This document shows, piece after piece, positions 34,815 to 44,939 of a stretch of DNA of 64,000 nucleotides. The stretch spans positions 10,416,001 to 10,480,000 of the forward strand of contig JBHGNT010000015.1 of assembly GCA_043228905.1 (NCBI GenBank). The letters are read 5' to 3'. This DNA is from Azolla caroliniana. Its lineage: Eukaryota > Plantae > Polypodiophyta. The translations under genes and the position numbers were made by a program. Numbering within the stretch: position 1 is the first letter of the stretch; the number at the start of each line of letters is the position of its first letter. The notes beneath the pieces are model-generated. The model saw nothing but the letters and a program-made list of their open reading frames with translations, did not search any database and was not told where the DNA came from.

Positions 34815-37800
34815 TCAGTCTTCCTTCAAATTATCAGGCAAACTCCGCTCCGAGGTTTCAAGTGTTGTTTTGCCTGTGCCGTCTCCGACGTCCGATTGGA
34901 TTGACTGCCTTTTCGCATCTTGCTGCTCCGACTCTGCTTGTACCGGTGGTACCAGTGTTTCTTCTGTATCCTGTCCGGGTCTGTCCTGCTCCACCTCCGT
35001 TCCGTTCCCGGTATCGCTCTCTCCGGTTTCCACTGGTTGTGTCCTTTCCTCCCCGGATTCGGTACTTCTCTGTCTCCACTCTGCATCATCCCCGGCATCA
35101 ACCTGCTCTTGCTCCGGAAGTTCTTCCTCGGGTACATTGTTGGTTGGGTCCTCTTCAGCCGGTCGCTCGCCCTCACTAATGGAGATCGGCGTTGTGTGTC
35201 CCTCGGCTTCCTGTCGCAGTCGGTCCTTCTCGTACCCTTCCAATTCTAGTTGGGTTTCGAGCTGTCCGTCATCCAACCTCTCTACTAACCCTCGGATTTC
35301 CTTGAGATGTTCTTCTGCTAGAGCATAGAAATCCTCCGACAGTTCTTCCCGGATGTTGACGATACTTTCTTCGTCCATTTTATAGAACCCATCTCCGTTT
35401 TTCTTCCGATTTTCTGCATCAGCTCGGAGTATCTGCAGTTCAGCTGCCTGTTGTGCCCATTCCTTCCAGAGTTTCTCCGTGCTTTCATTTATGCTGGCCT
35501 GAGCTCGGGTACTCCAGCTTGACATGATGAACTTAATTCGGTCAACCCCTGCTTTAGCCTGTTCCGAAGCTGCTTGTTTTTCCTTCCTTATCCGTTTGAT
35601 GATGTCGGCCATTAACTGAGCTTGAGCTTCAGAGTCGACTTTCTGCTTGTCACAGGTACTCCGCCATTTGTTGATTTCGAAAGTCAACTTCACTTTTTCC
35701 TCGTTCCGGCTCTTTGTCAGTTCCCCTACTTTCTGCCGAAGTACTTCCATCTCCTTTCTTTGTTCCGACGTCAAGGTCTTCTCCGCCGATACTTCCTCCC
35801 TTGCTTTGGACAATTCCAAGCGGGTTTCCTTGAGCTGCTCTTTCAGCTTCTCCATCTGTCGGTCGTACGTTGCTGCCTGATTCTTAATGTCCGACGTGGC
35901 CTGTTTATAATCCTTACATAGTCGGTCGAATTCCTCCGTCTTCTGTTTTAGGCGTCGGTTCGCCTGATCTCGCAACCGATCATCCCGGTCCTTTTGTTGT
36001 CGGAGTTCCTCTCGCAACCGCTCAATTTCCTACTCCATTCGTCGGCGCAGCCTATCTTTTTCCTTTTGCAGTGTCCCGTTTTCTTCTTGTAGTCGGTCAT
36101 TGGTGGCTTTGCTTCGGCGAAGGCCTTCCTCCATTCGCCGTCTGTCGTCTTCTACCAACTTCCGCTGTTCTCTTTCGTTATCTCTCAATGCCTCCTGAGC
36201 CTGTAATTCTTCTTTCAAAGTTGCTATTAACTTCTCGGTCTCAGGGCCGGTTTGCAAGGCCTTCTCCGTTTGTGGTTCGGCTTGCTTTTCTGATGTCCCG
36301 ACCGGCTCGGTGCCCTCTTGTGCTTGTCGGCTGCCTTCTTTTGCCTGTGCTATCTCTTCTTGCAGCTCATGTAATTGTGCCCGGAGCATGACCATATCCT
36401 TAGTCATCGTCCTAGTCACTTCTTCTCTTTGCTCCTCCTCTTTCTCCATCTGGTCTGCTACTCCCGACAACTGCCCTGACAACCACCTTAGCCATTGTGC
36501 CTTTGTTCTGCCTTCGTTGGTGTCAGCAGGCGTGCCTAGCTCCGGCTGTTTTTCCGGCTGTTTCTCCGGCCTCTTCTCTTTTTCCGGCGCTTGTTCCTTT
36601 CTTTGTTCTTCGAACTCCGCCGCCGTCGGTTCCGGTACTGCCGTCTTTGGTGCAGACGAACCTTCATCCTGTGTCGCTTCTGTTCCGGTTACTGGTTCTT
36701 CCGCCCGTTGTTGAGTTCCGACCGCTGTTGGGGTCGGTCTTGTCGCCCGTTTCTCCTTCCCTTGCCTGGGTGGTAGTATTAACATCGGTTCGGATGACTC
36801 TTCCTCTGTTTCGGCGTCCTCCGTCGCTGCGACTATCGGTTCCTTTACTGGTACCGGTTCCGATTCGAGCGTTACTGGTTCGGTGTCGGTTTGTCTCTTG
36901 CTGGTTTTCTTCGCCAGCTTCTCCTTGCCTTTCTCCGCTTTTTTCTTCTTCGTGGTCGGTTGCTGTTGCTGTTTCTGTGGCTGTCGTGATGGGCCTTCCT
37001 CCCGTTGCTGTCGGGAGGAGTCTTCTTCCCGCGGTTGTCGAGATGAGCCTTCTTTCCGCGGCTGTTCTTCTTCCTGTGTCCATCCTGGAGTGTGTTTCTC
37101 TAGGATTCGTCGGCGTTTCATGGTTTGCTTCGGGGTAGTCTCCTGCCGACTTCTTTGCTTGTGCTTGATGGGGGACACCGGTGGGACCAACACTGTTAAC
37201 CATTGGGATATTCCGGACCATGGCTTCTTCCCTTCCACCAAGTGCTTGATCGCCTCTTGCAGTCCTTCGGTGATGAAGTGGAGCCAGTCCACCTGCAGGC
37301 CTTCGAATGTCGCGGCGACGATCGCTGCTCGGTATTTGGCTATGGCTGCCGGACGAGGGTTCACGAACCCATACTCCATCAGGGCGCGGGCCACCTCTCC
37401 GAACAGCAGGTTCTCTCCGCCCTGTGTGCGATACGCCTTGCTGCTGAGGGAATATTCGCCGAAATACTCGAAGAATATTTGGCTCGAGGGTAGCTCTATT
37501 GTTTGAAGTCCTCCCTCCGAAATCCCTGTGAGCGCTTGTACCGCTCCTTCAGTGACCTCTGCTAAGTCTACCGCTGTTGCCGCCTGCTCTGGTTCCTTGT
37601 GTGGTGGAGCATCAGCGACCCGCAGCAGCCCTCCTAATCCGTTCTCCGTCAGCCATTGTCGCGCTCCGTCCGACAGTGCCATCGCTTCTTCTTCGTTTGC
37701 TGCTGCCTGTGGTCTGAGGTCGGGGTGTAGGTGTTCTGCGCGTCGGATCTTGCTGTTATGAGCCTGCGTTTGCTTGTGGGAAAATTCGTAAAAAGTGAAC

Positions 37801-37919
37801 CCTTCCCCGGTTCTTCCTTTATATAGTGGCGTTTCCCTCGAGCCGCCTTTTCCTGTGTTTCGCGCGTGCGTATCTTCTGCCATAATTAGCATCTTACTTT
37901 TTAATTTCGGCGTCTGCAC
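34815..37919 (-). CDS. Extra 3' ORF (env-position) of the Gypsy element, ~1030 codons, split by one TAG at 36030-36032
   Basis: The 629-aa and 400-aa ORFs are in the same frame (RRRME*EIERLREEL). N-terminal globular region, then a low-complexity linker and a long coiled coil. Confidence 0.8.
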
Positions 37920-38195
37920 GTCCTCTGCCTCGAATAGTATGTCCTATTTATGGCGCCTGCGCATGCTCTGTCATGAATAGCATGTCTGTCCTTTGCTGCC
38001 GCGTGTCATGCCTGCGCTTCTTTGGCGCGTGTCGAATCTCCTATGTGTCTGTCATTATGACTCCTTGATTGCCGCGCGTGTTAAATCTTGTACACCGGCC
38101 TCCCACGTTCTGCGCTTTAAATAGCTCGTGCACCCGTGTGACGGTTGTAACTACTTCCTTCATTACATTGATTTCTAACCGTAGCACCACGTCAT

Positions 38196-38197
<2 letters not shown>

Positions 38198-38247
<50 letters not shown>
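38198..38247 (-). repeat. A50 tract (element sense) just after the pol stop
   Basis: 50 consecutive T on the + strand. Confidence 0.9.
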
Positions 38248-38252
<5 letters not shown>

Positions 38253-38262
38253 CTGTGCCTCA

Positions 38263-41200
38263 TCATTGTTCGGTTCCCCCCGATATGTTCGGGTCGGTGT
38301 GCACTGTTGTCAGTTCCTCGTCGTTGTTACGCGTCGGTGTCGGTTCCTCGCAATTCGGGTTTTCCGGGTTTTGCTTGAAGGGGTTAGCTGGCATGTGCCC
38401 TTTATACGGTTTTAGGCGAAACCCATTTGCCCATTTACCCACAACTTCTCCTGACAACGTCCCGAGCTGGTAAGACCCATTGTACTCCTTTGTGATCCAG
38501 AATGGTCCGGTCCACCGAAATCGCAATTTCCCCGGCATGTTCCCCATCCGTGTCTGGAACAGCAATACTGGTTTCCCGACTTCGAATTCCTTTTCGTTAC
38601 CGCGCCGGTGTCGGTCTACAAAGGCTTTCCTCCTCCTTTGCTCTAGTTCTAGCTGTAGCAGGCTGGCTATTCGATTTTCTTCCAGTTCTAACAGCATCTT
38701 CAGCCGGATTCGTTCGGATTCCTTCTCGCTTAACCGCTCCTTAACCTGTATTCTTAAGCTAGGAATTTGGAATTCTACTGGCATGACTGCTTCCAAGCCG
38801 AATGCCAGTCGGAACGGGGTCGTCCGGATGCTAGTCTTGTACGCCGTTCGGTACGCCCACAGCACGCTCTGCAACTTCGTGTCCCAGTCGGTCCGGTTCT
38901 CATTGACGATTTTTCTAAGGATGTTCTGTAGCGTTTTGTTTGTTGATTCCGCTAATCCGTTGGCTTGAGGGTAGTAGGGAGTGCTTCGTTTGTGTACTAC
39001 CGCATAGAATGACGTCAAACTTTCCACCACCTGCCCGAGGAAATGTCCTCCTTGGTCACTGATCAGCTCAATCGGGCATCCGTACCGACACCATATGCAT
39101 TCATATAAAAATTTGGCCGTGGATGCCGCCGTGTTGTCCCGTAGTGCCTTTGCTTCTACCCATTTGGTGCAGTAGTCGGTAGCCACTATTATATACCGAT
39201 TTCCGGTCCGCATTGCCGGTGGCTTAAAGGGACCCACAAAGTCCAAGCCCCACTTTTGGAATGGTTCTAATGGCAAGACCGGGTGATGTGGCATCCGGGC
39301 CTGCTCCGTGGGTTGGCCCAGTCGTTGACACAGGTCGCATTCCCTGCTATACTTAACGGCATCTCTCATGGTAGTCGGCCACCATAGTCCGCTCTGCCAT
39401 ATCTTCCGGGCTGTTGTTTCACCGGCATAATGCCCGCCTGCAATTCCACAGTGGGCTTCCCTCAGGATCAGCTCCTTTTCATCGCTCCGCACTGCTCGCC
39501 TCCATACGCCATCTGCCCCCTTATGATAGAGGGTGTCTCCTACCAAGCAGAAATGTCTGCTCCGTACTGCCATCCTTTTCCGTTCGTCCCGGTCCAGGTT
39601 TTCCGGGGGAACTCCGGTGCTCAGGAACTGATGCATTTCGGTTAACCATTTGTCTTCGTCCGCTACTGTGGTCTCCGTTGCCGGTGCCGTCGTGACTTTA
39701 AACAGCTCGGCGTCGGGAAATTCGTCCTGTACGCCGTCCCCTGATTCTCCGGATTCTAGTCTGCTCAGGTAGTCTGCTACCGCATGCTGCACCCCGGGTC
39801 GGTGGAAAATGTCGAATTCGAATTCCTGTAATAGCAGCGTCCACCGTGCGAGTTTTCCTGTCAGGGCTGCCTTTGAGACTAGGTAGAGTAGTGCCGAGTG
39901 GTCAACGTGGAAGGAGAACTTTCGTCCGAGCAGATAGTGCCTGTACTTTGTGACGCTGTACACCATTCCTAATGCCTCTCGTTCCGTTGTAGAGTAGTTC
40001 CGTTCGGCTTTCGAGAGTTTCCTGCTTGCGTAGTACACCGGCCGATACCATTTCGGTTCCGTGAGTTGCATCAAAACACTGCCGATTGCTACGTCCGACG
40101 CGTCGACGAAGACGTGAAAGCTTTTACTCCAGTCCGGCGGCTGCACCACCGGGGCTTGTGACAGCATGACCTTCAACGCTTGGTAGGCTGCCTCCTCCAT
40201 TTCTGTCCATTGGAAAGGTACTCTATGTACAGCAGCGTGCAATGGTGTCGCAAAGTCGGCAAGGTGCCGTACCATCCGACTATGCCACCTTATTTGACCA
40301 AGGAATCGGCTTAAAGCTTTTGCGCTATTCGGTGCCGGTGCGTCGAGAATTGCTTTTACCTTATCCGGATCTACCGCGATTCCTTCTCGACTCACCACGT
40401 GGCCTAACAAATTGCCGCTGGCGACTCCAAAGACGCACTTCGCCGGGTTCAGACTTAATCGGTACTCGCGGCACTTTTCTAAGCATAGTCGTAGGTGATC
40501 GAAATGCTCTCCGTGTCGGCTGTAGACGGCGAAATCGTCTAGGAAGACCTGCATAAAACCGGGAATAAAATCACCGAAGATTTCCATAATTATCCTTTGA
40601 AATGTTGCAGGGGCTGTCTTTAATCCGAACATCATCACGACCGCGACGAACACTCCCCATTCCGTCACGAACGCTGTTTTTTCTTGGTCGGCCGGGTTCA
40701 TTCGGATTTGGTTGTAGCCGCTGAATCCGTCCAGGAAGCTGTAAACTTCGTGGCCGGCCACCGCATCTAGCACTCCGTCCGTGAATGGTAGTGGAAAAGC
40801 GTCGGTCACTGTCGCGGCATTTAGTTTCCTGTAGTCCACACATACCCGGATTTTGCCGTTCTTTTTCGGGACCACCACTATCGGGCTTAGCCAGGTTGCC
40901 TGCTTGACTGGTCGGATAAATCCGACCCGGAGAAGCTTGTCAATTTCCTCCTTCACCTTTGCCGCATAGTTTGGATTCATCCGGTACCGACGTTGAGCGA
41001 TGGGCTTCGCGTCAGTACTTAGATGAATTTGGTGCTGGTAGAGCTGGGGGTCCAACCCTCGCATGTCTTCGTATGACCATGCGAACACGTCCTTGAAATC
41101 CGTTAACAGTGCTACCATTGCCTGTTTTTCCTCCTTCGGCAATTCCTTCGCGACTTTTACCGGTCGGGGTTGTTCTGTTGTGCCGAGGTCCACCTCTTCC

Positions 41201-44028
41201 AGCTGGGATGCTTTCACCCTTTGGGATATCGTCATTTCTCTTTCTAGGGCTTCCTGTGCTTGGCGTAGTTCCCGGATCGCCACTTTGTCCGGCTCGTCCG
41301 GCATTGTGATGTACGGCTCTACTGCTGCCGTGATATCCACCTCAAAAAGTGGAACGATCTGTGGGTGTTCCTCGAGGTACCGATCAACTTCCTCATCCGG
41401 TAAGCCCTCCAACATGTTGATGCTTTCGGCATATAAAGGGGTTGCCTCCTTGCTAGTGAGCACCCGTGGTTGCGTGGCTACCCGTACCTTTGTTTTGCCT
41501 CGTCGGAACGTGATCATATTCTTTTGCCAGTTTTGCTTGATATGCGCCGTTCGCAGCCATGGTCGTCCTAACAGTAGGGGATATGCGCCTTGTACATTCA
41601 GCTCTAGTACCACGGCCGATATTCGGAATACGTGGCCTCCTATTGTTACTTCCAAGTCCCGGATAAGACCAGTTGGTCGGACTGAGCTTGTGTCCGCCAT
41701 GCGTAACCAGAAGGGGCATGGTTCCCACTCCTGGATGCCTAGGTCGTCGCATGTCTGTCGACTAATGACGTTCACCCCGGAGCCTCCGTCAATAATTGTT
41801 CCTGGAATCTCCTTTCCTTTGACGATTGTCGTGATTGCTGGGCTACTGGTATCAACCACCGCTGGGCCTTCCTCCGGGTTGGAGAAAAATGCCGGTGCTG
41901 GCGTCGGCGTCGGTTTGCTCACTGCGGCTTGTAAGTCTGCTGTGAACCGCGGCACCAACTGCAGTAACCGTGCCAACGGCAGCACGATCTGACAATCTTG
42001 TAGTGCTTGCCATGTCGGGTTTTCTCCTGGCTGTACGATTTCCTCCTCCCTTGGCATATTTTGGTTTCTTACTTCCGCCGCACCTTGTTCGTTGGCTTCT
42101 TTGATCCATTGTGCCGCTTGTTTTCTGATTGCTTCCTGGGCTTCCCATTCGGCGGCCTTCCCCTTCGACCGCGTGGTAACCTGCTGTACGTCGGCTGTCA
42201 CCATGTTGACTGCTGGCTGCTTGTCGGCTGTTTTGCTTGGGCATTGATTACTGTAATGCCCTTCTTTTCGGCAGTAATAACAATACACCCTGTGCGTGTT
42301 GCTGGATTCTCCTTTTTCCCATGTTTGGGAAAGGGGCATTCCCCGGCGGTTGTCCTCGGTTTTTCGGTTCTCCGGTGCCGCTACTGGTTTGTCATTCTTT
42401 GTTGCCTCCCGACGCTCCTCTCTACGGAAGAATCCACGCCTTTGGTTCCGTTGGAAATTCCGGTTTCCTGGCCGCCTTTCTTCTCTTCGTCGCTCGTATT
42501 CCGGGGATTCGTCTCGGTCGTACCGGTCCCGGGGGTGGCTATCCCTTCGGTTCTCCTCTCGGTCGTACCGGTCCCGGGGGTAGCTATCCCTTCGGTTCTC
42601 CTCTCGGTCGTACCGGTCCCGGGGGTAGCTATCCCTTCGGTTCTCCTCTCGGTCATAGCTGTCGCGTCTTCTATCGGGGTATCTGTCGCCGCGCTCTCGT
42701 CGGTAGCGGTCGTCCCTCCGGAATCGATCCTCTTCCGGGTCCCGATTGCGCGGTTCAATGTGTCGGACCGGTGCCGCTTGTCGAGTTAACAGGTTATACT
42801 CGCATTGGTTCGTTGTGTGGGCGCGAGAATTGCATATCATGCACTGTGCACGCAGGGTGCAGTCGACGGTCGAGTGCCCCGAATTTAGGCATGTTGTGCA
42901 TTGTAGGGCTTGTCGGAACCGGAGATCCTCCTCCTTCGGAAGCGCCTGGTGTAACGCCCCCATCGGCAAGAAGGGGCTCGTGGTGTCCATTTCCAGGACC
43001 CGATCAATGACTTGGTCCATTGTGCTGGTGCTGAAATCGATGATTCCACACATCGCTCGAAGTGGGTCTTTTAACGCAGCCAAAAAGACTGCCTTGGCCT
43101 CCTCTTCGGGTGGTGCTCTTGCTAATTGACTGTGCAAGGTCTGGAAACGAACGATAAATTGTGGGACCGTCTCGTTTTCTCCCTGCCGAGTGGTGTAGAA
43201 TTGTCCGACCAATTCCCTTTGTTCCACTCGTCTATGAAACAAGCGTAAAAACTGGGTTTTCAATGCCTCGAACGTGGCGAAGCTGCCTGGTAAGTGCTTG
43301 TCGTGCCACCGGGCCGCCGGTCCTTCTAATGTCATGCCGAATTCGGCGACTTTGGATCGGTCGGCCTCGGCCTCCGTCAGTCTCTGGGACACGTGGTTGG
43401 CTTCCCATGTTCGCAGGAATGCATACACATGTGCCTCTCCGTCGGGCTCATCCCGATACTTTGGGTACGGATACGGCATCGTGTCGTCCCACTGATTCTC
43501 CTGCGCTGGTTCCTCCGATGTCGGTCTCCGCTCCTGCGGTTCCTCCGCAGGTGGTGTTGGTATCCGCTCCTGCGGTTCCTCCGCGGGTGGTGTTGGTATC
43601 CGCTCCTCCCTCCTCGGCGATTGCCGGTCACCGAACTCCAGAGTTAGTTCCTCCTCTGGCTCCGATGTTGCTGAGTGATCCGACTCAAAGGGGTTGTTCC
43701 CGTGTCTGCTTTTATAGCGGGATCCCACGCTTTCCCCGCTATCCGAATCCGCCTCTAATGTTGCAAATGCCGCGGCGTCCCCGTCGCCGCCAGCGAGAGT
43801 CTGTAGTAGTGTCTCCGCTTCTTGGAGGCTGGTTATGCTACTGCCTTCGTCGGAAGCTTGTAGAACTTGGAACTGCAGTGCGTTTTCTGCGATTTGCCGA
43901 AGCGTTGTTGAGAATGACCGATCGCTCCGGATCTCGTCGACGGCTTGCTGCAAGGCTTCCCGTCGTCGCTGCCGTTCGGCGTGGCGTCTCCCTCTTTCGG
44001 TGATGTGGTCGTTATTTTGTCTAGACAT
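38263..44028 (-). CDS. Intact gag-pol polyprotein (1921 aa from MSRQ)
   Basis: Single ORF with three CCHC knuckles, protease IIDGGS, RT FLDDF, RNase H VDASD and integrase HHCC plus D-D-E. No chromodomain seen. Confidence 0.95.
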   Translation of the reverse strand: MSRQNNDHITERGRRHAERQRRREALQQAVDEIRSDRSFSTTLRQIAENALQFQVLQASDEGSSITSLQEAETLLQTLAGGDGDAAAFATLEADSDSGESVGSRYKSRHGNNPFESDHSATSEPEEELTLEFGDRQSPRREERIPTPPAEEPQERIPTPPAEEPQERRPTSEEPAQENQWDDTMPYPYPKYRDEPDGEAHVYAFLRTWEANHVSQRLTEAEADRSKVAEFGMTLEGPAARWHDKHLPGSFATFEALKTQFLRLFHRRVEQRELVGQFYTTRQGENETVPQFIVRFQTLHSQLARAPPEEEAKAVFLAALKDPLRAMCGIIDFSTSTMDQVIDRVLEMDTTSPFLPMGALHQALPKEEDLRFRQALQCTTCLNSGHSTVDCTLRAQCMICNSRAHTTNQCEYNLLTRQAAPVRHIEPRNRDPEEDRFRRDDRYRRERGDRYPDRRRDSYDREENRRDSYPRDRYDREENRRDSYPRDRYDREENRRDSHPRDRYDRDESPEYERRREERRPGNRNFQRNQRRGFFRREERREATKNDKPVAAPENRKTEDNRRGMPLSQTWEKGESSNTHRVYCYYCRKEGHYSNQCPSKTADKQPAVNMVTADVQQVTTRSKGKAAEWEAQEAIRKQAAQWIKEANEQGAAEVRNQNMPREEEIVQPGENPTWQALQDCQIVLPLARLLQLVPRFTADLQAAVSKPTPTPAPAFFSNPEEGPAVVDTSSPAITTIVKGKEIPGTIIDGGSGVNVISRQTCDDLGIQEWEPCPFWLRMADTSSVRPTGLIRDLEVTIGGHVFRISAVVLELNVQGAYPLLLGRPWLRTAHIKQNWQKNMITFRRGKTKVRVATQPRVLTSKEATPLYAESINMLEGLPDEEVDRYLEEHPQIVPLFEVDITAAVEPYITMPDEPDKVAIRELRQAQEALEREMTISQRVKASQLEEVDLGTTEQPRPVKVAKELPKEEKQAMVALLTDFKDVFAWSYEDMRGLDPQLYQHQIHLSTDAKPIAQRRYRMNPNYAAKVKEEIDKLLRVGFIRPVKQATWLSPIVVVPKKNGKIRVCVDYRKLNAATVTDAFPLPFTDGVLDAVAGHEVYSFLDGFSGYNQIRMNPADQEKTAFVTEWGVFVAVVMMFGLKTAPATFQRIIMEIFGDFIPGFMQVFLDDFAVYSRHGEHFDHLRLCLEKCREYRLSLNPAKCVFGVASGNLLGHVVSREGIAVDPDKVKAILDAPAPNSAKALSRFLGQIRWHSRMVRHLADFATPLHAAVHRVPFQWTEMEEAAYQALKVMLSQAPVVQPPDWSKSFHVFVDASDVAIGSVLMQLTEPKWYRPVYYASRKLSKAERNYSTTEREALGMVYSVTKYRHYLLGRKFSFHVDHSALLYLVSKAALTGKLARWTLLLQEFEFDIFHRPGVQHAVADYLSRLESGESGDGVQDEFPDAELFKVTTAPATETTVADEDKWLTEMHQFLSTGVPPENLDRDERKRMAVRSRHFCLVGDTLYHKGADGVWRRAVRSDEKELILREAHCGIAGGHYAGETTARKIWQSGLWWPTTMRDAVKYSRECDLCQRLGQPTEQARMPHHPVLPLEPFQKWGLDFVGPFKPPAMRTGNRYIIVATDYCTKWVEAKALRDNTAASTAKFLYECIWCRYGCPIELISDQGGHFLGQVVESLTSFYAVVHKRSTPYYPQANGLAESTNKTLQNILRKIVNENRTDWDTKLQSVLWAYRTAYKTSIRTTPFRLAFGLEAVMPVEFQIPSLRIQVKERLSEKESERIRLKMLLELEENRIASLLQLELEQRRRKAFVDRHRRGNEKEFEVGKPVLLFQTRMGNMPGKLRFRWTGPFWITKEYNGSYQLGTLSGEVVGKWANGFRLKPYKGHMPANPFKQNPENPNCEEPTPTRNNDEELTTVHTDPNISGGTEQ

Positions 44029-44715
44029 CCATCCCCCGGTTGTCCTCTGCACTCTGCAGGAATCGTGGTCGCCAAAATAGTGTTGTATGTATGGCTGGAC
44101 TAGCCGCAACACAGGTGTCTATCCGACACTTCTCCAAGGGGTGGTAGGGATAGGATGTTAATACACGCGTATGATAATTACACTTAAGCACAGACGAAGA
44201 CAAGATTAATCAGCATAAGCAAAACTATATTAATTCTTCGCGCTTTCATTACAAAACATCGGATCCTTTTATAGGCATCCGGCCAGATTACAATCGGTGC
44301 TCGGTAGGCAACCGTTAACCGAAACCGAATCGGTTCGGATCCGGATCGGTTACAACTACCGGATCCGTCCCTCCTAATAATTCTATTCCTATTTCTATAT
44401 TTATCCGATCCGACCTTGCTTTCCCATTTGCCTTCTCTGACCGGCCAACAGACAACACAATATGGCAAACAGTTAGGTTACCACAAAGATAGAGATTTAA
44501 AAAGAGAGACAGAGACAAAGAGTGCAAACAACAAAAGTCAATTCAAAATAATAACACTTTGTACATACAATGTGTTCATAGAGCACTTCTTATACAAGCC
44601 CTCTAACAATGAGTTGACTCAAGTATTGACAAGTAATTCAATGATTTTCAATGAGCCTCTGACACTAACTGCTTATAATAATCCTATTACTAAGAATAGG
44701 AATATATGCCCTAAC

Positions 44716-44900
44716 TGTCGAATACAAGTGTATAATGGACGTATTCACACTATCCCTTTGTATAGCTCAAGTTTGGGCCATTTGTGTAATTAGCATAAAT
44801 GGTAGTTGCCCTAAGTCGTCACTATATAAAGTGACCTAGTAACCTTGTTGTAAGGTTGGGTTGTATTATTCTTTTCTATTGAATAGAAAGTCATTTTGTG

Positions 44901-44939
<39 letters not shown>

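Larger units (their letters stand above)
34395..44450 (-). mobile_element. Young full-length non-chromovirus Ty3/gypsy (OTA/Athila/Phygy-like)
   Basis: 370-bp LTRs at 34395-34764 and 44081-44450 with one mismatch seen. TSD GACAA. PBS TGGCGACCACG (tRNA-Arg-like) a few nt from the 5' LTR. Confidence 0.96.

Noticed and set aside
34730-44203. Many long + strand ORFs (e.g. 41063-41992, 42007-42789, 43161-44003)
   Set aside because: Antisense shadows of GC-rich gag-pol and the extra ORF, with no recognisable motifs.
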